A DNA stretch of 64,000 nucleotides from assembly GCA_951406725.2 (NCBI GenBank), contig OX597815.1, positions 61,752,001 through 61,816,000 on the forward strand, in the 5' to 3' direction. Of this stretch, positions 52,440-64,000 are shown piece by piece. How positions within the stretch are numbered: position 1 is the stretch's first letter; each line of letters opens with the position of its first letter. This stretch comes from Octopus vulgaris (Eukaryota). Below the pieces are notes generated by a model, which worked only from the letters and a program-made list of their open reading frames with translations, made no database searches and was not told the DNA's origin. A program made the translations under genes and the position numbers.

Positions 52440-53300
52440 TAGCTACATACGTCCCGCAGATGCTTTGGAAAGGCGTTAAATAGCTGCAGGCTCTTGAATC
52501 TCAAACTATTGAAGTACATGGTTCTCGCCTTAGATGAGACAGCTGGGACTTTTGGAACAGTGCAGTGGCATCCAGTTCGAGGTCTGGTATATCTTTCGAT
52601 TCCAAAGTTTGGTGCCAGCCCCTCCAGTATCTTCCACACATATATGATTGCATATATCTCTCGTCTTCGCTCCAGGGAGTAAAGTCGTAGCTCTTTCAGT
52701 CTCTCCCAGTAGCTCAGCTGTTCTATTGATGCAATCTTCCTCGTGTAGCATCGCTGAACCGCCTCAAGTTCTGCTATTAATCCTACACCGAAAGAGAGCA
52801 GTAGTTCAGACAGTTGAGGACACATGTCCTCCATAGGACCAGCATAGCTTCCTGGTTCCTTGTTCTGAAGGTTCTCAGAATCTATCCAGCCATTCGTCTG
52901 CACACTTCCACCATCTTGGTGATATGTATATGAAACGATGCATCATTGCTCATATCAATCACAAGATGAGGTACTGTATGTGATTCTAGGATTGCCGCTT
53001 CTTTGGTCTAGAGTATTGTTGTTGTGATTTCTGAGCACAAATTAACTGGTAACGGAGGTCTTGGAATTTGCCTGCATTAAACTGCATGTTGTTGTCCTCA
53101 GCCTATTTATATATGACATCTAGTTCTTTCTGTTGAAGATTAGCATCAGAAGGTTCCTTGACTGCTTGTACTACTTTTGTGTCATCGGCATAGCTAGTAA
53201 GTGTGGCTGTCTGTGTAACTGATTGCATGTCTGAAAGAGTCACCATGAACAGCAGTGACCTCTATACGGTTCCCTGGAGCACTCCACTTTCTATTACTGC

Positions 53301-53302
<2 letters not shown>
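52440..53302 (-). mobile_element. CR1-clade LINE RT fragment (pseudogene)
   Basis: SGVLQGT, SYADDTKV and LEAVQR..TRKI...LSYWERLKELRLYSLERRR. Confidence 0.9.
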
Positions 53303-53362
<60 letters not shown>

Positions 53363-53471
53363 AATATTTACACGCTATTGTTTATAGCTTTATCTGATTC
53401 GAGTTTCGTCGTTACAAAAAAGAATTATTCCATGTCCTCCCGAAGTTTCTAAATTCTTATGGTGTCATCTA

Positions 53472-53531
<60 letters not shown>

Positions 53532-54357
53532 CGAGTGCATGTGTATGTATAAAGTGGTACATAATTATACATATTTATGCTTGTGTGTGTTGCGTATATA
53601 TATGTGTCTGTATATATAGACAGACATACACGCGCAACATATGCAGTATATTGTTATAATCAAGCACAGTTTCTTAAAAGTATGTGTGATACCTGCATAT
53701 TTTTGAATGTATTCATACACACACACACACACACACACATACACACACAGTCGCACACGCACACATACATACTCACACACACTTTTTATGTGTTTATTTT
53801 TGTTTGCCACTTCCAGATATTTCTCTGATATTTCTAAAATAAACTCGTCAAGATTCAAGTGTCTTGAAATTCCACTTAGAATATTTGGCATTATTAAACT
53901 CAACTTAAACGGAATTATTTCAGAGAAGTTCTTCAATTGACGCAATTACTTATGTTACTAGAGCATCTCCTTTAATTATTCCAGTTAATTCTATGAATTC
54001 ACTTTCAGACAAGTAACGCAACATTTGGGAGCAATTAAGGATCCACCGAAGCACGCTTTTAGCATACTTACATGAATTTGTATATGTGTGTCTGTGCATT
54101 TGTGCGTATGTGTGCGTGTGTTGCGTTGTGTGTGTGAGTGTGCATGGGTGCGTGCGTGTGCTTATTATATCATATATTGACAGTCCTCACAGAGTATCAT
54201 TTCTCTCTGTTCCCGACTGACATGAACAGCCCATCCACGGTTACAAATCTGACAAGACTCGACTTCTTATACATAGCTACCCAAAGTATAGAGTTCTTTA
54301 TCAGAGATAATATTTGCTCTGAACAAAACCTATTTTTAAATATATCTTACAACGTTT

Positions 54358-54830
54358 AAAGGCGGCGAGCGGGCAGAATCGTTAGGACGCCTGGCAAAAT
54401 GCTTAGCCGCATTTCGTTCGTCTTTATGCTTTAAGTTTAAATTCCGCCGAAGTCGACTTTGCCTTTCATCCTTTCGGGGTCAATAAACTAAATACCGGTT
54501 GAGTAATGGGGTCGATGTTATTGACTTAAATCCACCCCACCGAACTTGCTGGCCTTGTGCCAAAATTTGAAACTAATATTTACTTTTTTTTCTTTTTTTC
54601 TTTTTCAAGGCAGCGAGCTGGCAGAATCATTAACACGCCTAGTGTGTGGGGGTGCATAACGCCACTTCGTCCGTCTTTACATTCTGAGTTCAAATTCCGC
54701 CGCCGAGGTAGACTTTGCCTTTCATGCTTTCGGGGTCGATAAAATAAATACCAGTTGACAATGAAACTCAATGTAATCTACTAGTCCCCTAACCCAAAAT
54801 TTCGGACGTTGTGACAAAATTTAAAACCAA
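54358..54830 (+). mobile_element. Two tandem SINE family B monomers (54358-54575, 54607-54830)
   Basis: AAGGC(G/A)GCGAGC heads; GACTTTGCCTTTCAT..TTTCGGGGTC domain. Confidence 0.88.
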
Positions 54831-54889
54831 TATATTTTACAAATCTTGGCGCTATGCATGGCTACCCGTGACTAAAAAAAATTAATATC

Positions 54890-55283
54890 TCTTTTATACT
54901 CTAGGAACCAGGACCGAAATTTTTGGGGCGGGGTTAGTTGATTAGATCCTCCCCAGTACGCAACTGGTAATTAATTTATCGACCCCGAAAAGATAAAAGG
55001 AAAAGACCACCTCAGATGAATTTGAACTCAGAACGTAAAGACGGACGAAATACCTATTTCGTTACTACCCACAAGGGGCTAAACACAGAAGGGACAAACA
55101 AGGATAGAGAAGAGGATTAAGTCGATTATATCGACCCCAGTGCGTAACTGGTGCTTATTTAATCGAACTCGAAAGGATGAAAGGCAAAATCGACCTCGGC
55201 GGAATTTGAACTCAAAACGTAACAGCAGACGAAATACGGCTACGCATTTCACCCGGTGTGCTCACGTTTCTGCCAGCTCGCCA
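54890..55283 (-). mobile_element. Dimeric SINE family B
   Basis: Same dimer and linker as 36516-36928. Confidence 0.88.
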
Positions 55284-55491
55284 CTGAAATAAATAGAAAC
55301 AACATTAGATATATCTTCTATGCATTTTCTGCGTTACGATTCGATCAAAAATTCAAATTTCTAATCCTGCCATGATGTATCGGAAGTGAATATCACTTAA
55401 GTACACACATGTACACACACACAGACGCGCAGGTATGCGCGCGCACACACACATACATATATATGTACATACATGCATATATATATGTATG

Positions 55492-55547
<56 letters not shown>

Positions 55548-55577
55548 CATATATATATATACATATACATATACATT

Positions 55578-55619
<42 letters not shown>

Positions 55620-55763
55620 TGTATATATGCATATATATACCTATATATATGTATATATGTTTATGTATACACATAAATATGCTCACATACATATACATGT
55701 ACATACACCAGTATATATGTATGCATGTCAGTACGTATGTATGCATATATACATGTATGAATG

Positions 55764-55808
<45 letters not shown>

Positions 55809-56009
55809 ATTTATGCTTACACAATGTTCTTAAGGTAACCCTAAAAAGGCTATATTCAAAGTCAACGTTAAGAAAAAATTTTATATTTTTAGAAAAACCG
55901 GTTTAGTATATAAAGAAAGAATAAATATAATCATAGAAATTCTGTGTAACGACATTTAGATATCTAGCTATTTATGTAATCTATAAAATTAAAAAAAATT
56001 ATGATCATT

Positions 56010-56289
56010 AGGCGCAGAGGTGGCTGTGGTAAGTAGCTTGCTTACCAACCACATGGTATACATATAAATCTGTGTGTGTGTTTGTTTGTGTGTGTGTGCA
56101 TTTGTGTGCTTGTGTGTCTTTGTTTGCGCCCCTACTTTTGCTTGACAACCGATGTTTGTGTGTTTACGTCTCCGTAACATAGCAGTTCGGCAAAAGTGAC
56201 CAATAGAATAAGTACTAGGGGTCGATTTGTTCAACTAAAGGTGGGGCTCCAGCATGGCCACAGTCAAATGACTGAAACAAATAAAAGAA
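56010..56289 (+). mobile_element. SINE family A with internal deletion
   Basis: The head GGCTGTGGTAAGTAGCTTGCTTACC is joined directly to the microsatellite and 3' half. Confidence 0.8.
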
Positions 56290-56349
56290 TTAGATTATAG
56301 GAAAGGCTGTTATATTAAATGTTTTATTTACTATTGAAATCTTTAACTG

Positions 56350-57335
56350 CTTTTCTATATTTATGGGAACATTCCAACGTAAGATTTGTTCGACAATTTC
56401 GGAAATCTAATTTTACTTCTATCCAAAAACATTCCGACCTCATTCTCCTCATCGAAATCACTTGATTTGTCTCAAATCTTTCCCAACAAATGCGTTATTA
56501 ACAATAAATACTGACCATCTCACTTAGTTTATTTTTATTAAAGCATTTATAACCATTATATCTACACTTTGACGAAAAACCTTTCACCATTTCTATAAAA
56601 CTATATCTATACCGTTTGTTAAATACAATATTAATTATACTAAATATACCTTCTTCACTCTTTTCAAATCATGTTTAGTATACAATGTAGGAAAATCATA
56701 AACATGCATGGGTCTAACTTACTCTAATTCTTCGCAGTTTCTCTTAAAAATGTGTTACTGGACATTTTACTCCAAAATAAGCTTACCCTAGAATTCCAAG
56801 ACTTTTTACACACTACCCGATAAAAGACGACCTAATAACATTTGATGCTTCAGTAGGTGACAGAGATAGCTGTTTGCTTGTACATTTTCTGGCACCTGCA
56901 ACAAATCAACTTTTATAAGGCGACCTTGTGTTATTTTGAAATCCAAAAACGTCCAGAATAACCTTATCTTTTCTTCCATGCTGAAACTTCAGGTAATAAT
57001 TTTCGTAAAGTAATGATCTTCTTATCATCTCGTTAGTATTGTCAGGTACAACTATGTATGTACAATTACATGTGAAGTTAAAGTCCCTACCTAATCCCAA
57101 CCTTGTTATGATAATAAAATTCCATGGTGCTTTATCCGCCAGTACTACTACGTTCTTATTACGCAACACACTATATTATACTCCTTAACTTCTGACTTAC
57201 TGATTTACTTCCTGTCATATCATTCATCCTTTCAATACGTTCCAGTGAGAAACTTAGTTGCACTTTTTCTCTATTTCTTAGTTCACTTTTTCTCACGTTT
57301 TCAAATTCGTCCACTTTAGCTTTGTTTTTAAGACT
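56350..57335 (-). mobile_element. Highly decayed Penelope-like RT, N-terminal region
   Basis: Remnants VFGFQNNTRSP and NKNVVVLADKAPWNF (cf. the PLE 'ADK' motif); many stops. Confidence 0.5.
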
Positions 57336-57376
57336 TAACTTATATACATGTATCAATACACACACATATGTACACA

Positions 57377-57414
<38 letters not shown>

Positions 57415-57608
57415 CATATAAATGTGGGATGGATAAAATCAGTCATTTGAAGACCTGTGCAATAAATGTCAAAATTTTCTCTAATTACATCTGTTCTCTG
57501 AAGAAATCGAGGGGTTCTTCGCTTGAGAAATGAAATCATTGGTTCGATATAATCTACTGCAGCTCGACTGCTATCAAATATATTTACACAAGCACACACA
57601 GACACACA

Positions 57609-57691
<83 letters not shown>

Positions 57692-58313
57692 TTAGTGTCA
57701 TTTATGTAAATATGGCATACATTTATGCTATATATAGTGTGTTATATATGTCATGCATGTATGCTTGTGTGTATGATGTTATCGCGATATTAGAGTCATC
57801 CACGACCCTTCTTAGTTAAATCGTCTTTAAATTTTGAAAACTTAAAAATACGGAACACATTGAGGAGCTACAGATTATGGTCGAATATTGCCATATTCCT
57901 CAACCTCGGTGGAACCTGTACGTGTCTCCACGCAATGAAATGGATTCTGTTCAGATTCATGGCAAGCATTCTTTCGCGAAGAGACACGTTTGTGGTAGAG
58001 TTGAATCAACCAATCGACACTGAGTCGGTTGTTAATTGTGTTTGCTGAGTGAAACCCTATTCCTTCTTGTAAACAGTTTGGCAAGAGTAGAATTTAATAT
58101 GCTTTGTCTGACTACAGACTGGTCTAACTGACTTCCTCTCCCTTCTCTCCCTCTCTCTCTTTCAGTACTTACATACAAACATACACATATATTCATGCAC
58201 GTACGTATATTAATTATACACACACACACACAAACACACGCACAAACACACAAACACACACACGCACACAAACATACAGACATATATATGCATACATATA
58301 TTTATACATATGT

Positions 58314-58348
<35 letters not shown>

Positions 58349-58364
58349 ACATGCACACACACAT

Positions 58365-58420
<56 letters not shown>

Positions 58421-58566
58421 GCATATGCACATATACATACATACACCCACCCACACACACATTCACACATTTGAGTGAAAAATTGTACAGAAGGAACACA
58501 CGGAAAAAATCACACACAAGACATGGGCATGCGCGCGCACGTATACATATGTGAGTGTATGTGTGA

Positions 58567-58606
<40 letters not shown>

Positions 58607-58829
58607 GTGCATGTGTGTGCTGGCGCGCGTGATATGTGTGTGTGTGTGTTTAAAACCTCCGGGTTTTGGAACGACAGTTGACTGATGAAATAGGTTTACC
58701 CGGGCCTGTCTTTTGTTCTTTCTGTTAGTTTGTCGTACGTCTTTCACCATCATTTTGTACAGAAATCCATAGACGCATACATTCTTGTATATACACACAC
58801 ATACATATATAAATACATACATGCATACA

Positions 58830-58880
<51 letters not shown>

Positions 58881-58966
58881 TCACTCTCTCTCTCATTCAC
58901 TCACTCACTCACTCACTTACTCACTCAAACGCACGAACATACACACACACACACGTATATATATAT

Positions 58967-59284
58967 AAAGGAAATGAAGAAAATGCTGACAAAATAATTT
59001 AAGTAAGGGAGAGTGTATTTAATTAGGTGAAAGTTCTTTTTACCGGTTGCGCATTTGTTATGGTTATCAAAATATATTTTTTAAGAGAGATAGAGTTCCT
59101 TTCTGATAGATTTTTTCTCTTATCTGATAAGAGAAAAAAATCTATCAGAAAGGAACTCTATCTCTCTTAAAAAATATATTTTGATAACCATAACAAATGC
59201 GCAACCGGTAAAAAGAACTTTCACCTAATTAAATACACTCTCCCTTACTTAAATTATTTTGTCAGCATTTTCTTTATTTCCTTT
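58967..59284. repeat. Near-perfect palindrome (~158 bp arms, 1 nt spacer at ~59125)
   Basis: ...TTCTCTTATC-T-GATAAGAGAA...; the arms differ by about one substitution and one homopolymer indel. Confidence 0.95.
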
Positions 59285-60305
59285 TTTTATATATCACAAC
59301 TCGTGTTCCACATCTCCTTTTTTAAATATATATATATATATTTTACATCTGCTCATGGTTGTCCATTCGTGACCAAGGAAAATCATCACTGACCATTAAA
59401 AACATTCTGCACTCAAACAAATTCCTGCCTTACATTCGTTGCTCCACTTGGGAGCCCTTGATAAACATAAACGTCCGCAGATATCGCAGTTCAAGCTTTC
59501 ACCACACTGGTCGTGCATTTTCGAGCAGCTCACTTGAATTCAGCATGAAAAATGCCAGTTTCTTTTTCGGAAACACTCTTTCCTTTCCTTGTTTCCACCA
59601 TTGGCGGTCGAGTGAACAGATATAAGAAACCTAACACACCGCTGAATTCTAGATCCGAAATTTTCAGCGGTTGTAAGTATATGGCTAAGTTTCTGTTGAC
59701 GAACTGGATAGTGCTACCCTCTCCGAATTGAACAGCTCTACCACAGATTTTAGGCCACTTTCTTTTCAGCCTTATATTTTACGGTCGAACAGAAAATACC
59801 TCTAATCCCCCAACTCCATCTACTTCTTTTTCACCTTTTCTCGCTTTTTTCTCATTCTATCGTCCCATTTTTAGTTTCTTACGCCATACGGACAGTGCCT
59901 GATGATTATGCTAGGACAACAGACGTGTTAAAAAATACTGTCTGGCATGCTCTCATCACATGGAACTAATAATAGCGCATAAAAATATATACTGTGTTTA
60001 ATAAATAATATTTATCTCTCAGCAGTTGGAGTACTTTTTGTTGATATTACCATCACAGAACAGTACGCTACACACACACACACACGCGCGATCGCGCGCG
60101 CGCAAATGATTCTTCTTTTGCTCAGTTATAATAAAATCAATGGGTTACTCTCTAATTATGTTGAGTACAAATGTATAATCATTATACAAGAATGTTGTTG
60201 ACAGTAACCTAGAAGTTTTGCCTAAGAAGTCGAACGATGGGTTAGCTGGCCGAAACTTCGAAGTCACTTTCAACAACATTCTTGTATGTGAATATATAAT
60301 TATAC

Positions 60306-60343
<38 letters not shown>

Positions 60344-60908
60344 ATTGTATGTATTTTTCGGCATTTATGTATGTATGTGTGCACACACAAACACACACAC
60401 GCATGAATATATATGCATATATGTACGTAATTGTGCGAGTATCAATGTATGTGTGAATGCATGCAGTGTGAACGCTTTCCATTTATGTAAATTTTATTTA
60501 CTCTCCTGCCTCCAGACTCGTTTAATTTCATGGCGTCTTAGAAAAAAACGAGCAGCACTCCCCACCACCAAAATAAAATACCAATACATATTTATAGTAT
60601 CATAGTGACTAGGGTAGGGTTGTGGGGTTAAAATAAAATATATTTTAAATATTGAGAAGAAAAATAAAGAAAATATGAATGACAGGAAGAAAATTTTGTT
60701 TGGGGACTAAAATAAATTAAAACTAACTATATTATATATAAAACATAATTTACATACATTACATGCATACACACATACACTCACACATGCGCACACGCAG
60801 AGGCATTCACACACGCGCTCGCATGCATATATAGATAAACCATAACACATACACAATTATATATTAATATATATATCTTTACATACATACATGCACGCAT
60901 ACATATAC

Positions 60909-60941
<33 letters not shown>

Positions 60942-61074
60942 CATATAGTTACACATACATACATACATATATTTTTTTTTATATGGATTTGTTATCGTAC
61001 CTATCTGTCTGCCTCTCTTTCTGTCTCTGCCTATTTAGCTATCTATCAATCCAACACAAGCCTACATACTTATA

Positions 61075-61133
<59 letters not shown>

Positions 61134-61500
61134 GTGTGTGTGTGTGCGTACACACGCATATATAAATATATATATATATATATCCTTACAGGTGTGTGTA
61201 CTTATATATATATATATATATATATATGTGTATCAATATATGCACATATAAGTACATACAGACACACGCACGCACATATACATGTGTGTGTGATTGCGTG
61301 TGTGTGTATGTGAGCGTAATCATGAACACAGATATACATACATAGACAGAAGCAAATAAACATATAATACACAAATAAAATAAAGCGAGATGCGTCGTCC
61401 GCTGTTAATACGCATTAAAAATTGGTCTATCCTGTCTCTCATACATCTCTCCCACTGCGTCGTTCTCCATCCTCATCATATGCATATACAAGTATGCACG

Positions 61501-61534
<34 letters not shown>

Positions 61535-61883
61535 TGTATGTATGTATGTATGTATGTATGTATGTATGCATGTAAGTATGTATATATATGTGTGAGTGTG
61601 TGTATATATGTATATATATACATGAACATCCGCACACAGACATTCACACACACGCACACACACATACGCACAGACGCCACACACACACACACACACGCCA
61701 CACACACCACTCAATTATATGCATACAAATGGCCCATAGACATGGCGTCTTGAATATTTTGTGCGCATGCGTATACACCCACTTACACAGATTGGAATAA
61801 ATTCCTCTATCACCGCCATACTATGGTACACATATGAGTATTATCTATCTATCTATCTATTAGATAAATAGATAGATAGATAC

Positions 61884-61930
<47 letters not shown>

Positions 61931-62326
61931 TATAGATAGATAGATCCATAGATAGGGAGATAGATAGATAGATTGATGTTTGTATGTATTTTACAAATAA
62001 ACGTGTGTATATATATATATACGTGTCTCTTCTGTATTTAATCATTTAAATTCTTCCTCTGAAAAAGGGTCTGGTCTCAACAAAAGTACAAAGCTTCATC
62101 TTTGGAATGTAGGTAACAAAAACAAGAAAATAAACTACTTGGACTTGTTATTTTGAAAGATGCAGGAATTCGTTGCTCCTGGAAAGGAAAAAGTCATTTT
62201 AAAATAGTACACCATGCAAATCCTGCACTAAAGATAACGGGAGTTGTGACCACTTGGAAGATGTTTCATCACTAAAGAAGAATTAAATAACTCGGAAAAC
62301 CCTTATTTCGAGAATAACTCATGTCA

Positions 62327-62357
<31 letters not shown>

Positions 62358-62667
62358 CATCACGTGATCACGTGACCGACCAGACCATCAGATGTTGTTA
62401 CACATCGCTGGTCACAATGCGTTCGCATTGTTTTAGCCTTCGAATGACGCCCACCCCCCGCTGGCTAAGCGAGCAGGCCAACAGAAGAAAGAGTGGTAGA
62501 AAGAGTGGTGAAAGAGTACAGCAGGGATAACCCCCCCCTGCCGGAGCGTCGTGGAGCTTTTAGGTGTTTTCGCTCAACAAACACTCACAACGCCCGGTCT
62601 GGAAATCGAAACCGCGATCCTACGACCGCGAGTCCGCTGCCCTAACCACTGGGCCATTGCGCCTCCA
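62358..62667 (-). mobile_element. tRNA-derived SINE family C-related (same head, different tail)
   Basis: GGAGGCGCAATGGCCCAGTGGTTAGGGCAGCGGACTCGCGGTCG...; ends GGTCACGTGATCACGTGAT; TA-flanked. Confidence 0.85.
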
Positions 62668-62676
62668 CATACACAC

Positions 62677-62762
<86 letters not shown>

Positions 62763-63604
62763 ATATACGCACGCATACATACAGCTCATACAGAGTGAGA
62801 GACAGACAGACAGACTCCAAGAGTGGTGGAGAGAAAAAGTCCTTGCGCATCATTAATCATTTACTCGAAAAACTTTACTCATTCAATAGACAAGCAATCT
62901 TTATGTCATCTGCTCTTTCGGTCATATGAGGCATCGTTTACTTTTATTTTCACTTTTTCTCTTATAGCACCAACTCATTGACGGCCAGTATCATCACTGA
63001 CATTCTCATTTGATACACTGAGCTATTTACAGATTTTTGTAATGACTCAGCCAACTCATCATTTTTAAATACCCTTTTATTCTTTAAGTTCTCTTATCTA
63101 TGAATTTGCCGTTTTTGTAATATTTTGCTTATCTTTACTTGTGTTATTTCATTCAATTTCTTGCTATCTTTCTTAAATTGAGGACTGCAATATCTAAAAT
63201 ATATTTTGCGTGCGTTGACTTAATTGATTTGAGTGCATTCAGAGAAGAAATTCTGAAAAGAATATCACAATACAAGTCCATTTTACTGTTATTTCCTTTT
63301 ACTGACCAAATTACTGTAAACTGGTCCAATTCTGGTCTTCCATACATTGTACATTATAAAGGGTGAATTTTGTGTGTATATTTAGAGCTGAATTGTAGAT
63401 GTAACCATGATGTGCTGTGATCTGATGCGTTAACTTTCTTTATATACATTAATTTGTGAATGTACAACTGTATTGTATAATGCTGAGCATTCATATAAGC
63501 ATGTACGTATAATTTTATATACTGTAATTGATAATACTACATGATGAAGGTTATGAAACGGCCGTAATCATAAAGAAGCCATATGAAAAAATGAATTTAT
63601 CTTC

Positions 63605-63882
<278 letters not shown>

Positions 63883-64000
63883 TATATGCAGAGAAATATA
63901 AGCATATATATATACATTTACACATAGATAGATACGCAAGTAACTATAAGCATGTGTGTGTCCGCGCGCGCGTGTGTGTGAGTGAGTGTGTGAGTATGTA

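Noticed and set aside
57850-58060. Unique-looking segment with short ORFs as a host exon
   Set aside because: No recognisable protein motif or convincing splice-site pair.
59891-59942. GACAGTG-C-CTGATGA...TACTGTC hammerhead candidate
   Set aside because: Stem I-like pairing exists but GAAA, stem III and UH are missing; at best a relic.
62930-63480. Possible further retroelement relic (YGRPELD peptide, minus strand)
   Set aside because: Too degenerate to assign without a profile search.
63538-63572. GAAACGGCCGTA palindromic stem III motif
   Set aside because: No intact CUGANGA core or stem II.

Overview
Eukaryotic, AT-rich, microsatellite-saturated non-coding DNA. The SINE repertoire and repeat landscape point to a cephalopod (Octopus-like) genome; this is an inference. 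No intact host protein-coding gene is supported, and most ORFs in the track are microsatellite translations. The window is a mosaic of mobile elements: (1) at least four tRNA-derived SINE families, often nested in one another; (2) two head-to-tail Helitrons (39027-45293), one with a decayed Rep/PIF1-helicase and one non-autonomous copy carrying a captured LINE-ORF1-like fragment; (3) Tc1/mariner, hAT and other TIR elements; (4) CR1, RTE and R4/Dong-type LINE fragments; (5) two decayed Penelope-like (RT, GIY-YIG) relics. The most striking signal is a set of unrelated small non-coding inserts sitting in (TA)n tracts that fold into type I hammerhead ribozymes. These include a 492-nt tandem/inverted retrozyme-like array with three intact hammerheads (11927-13422), a canonical hammerhead at 16673-16758, a G3:C8 covariant hammerhead inside a fold-back palindrome (38349-38632), and several minimal or variant hammerheads.
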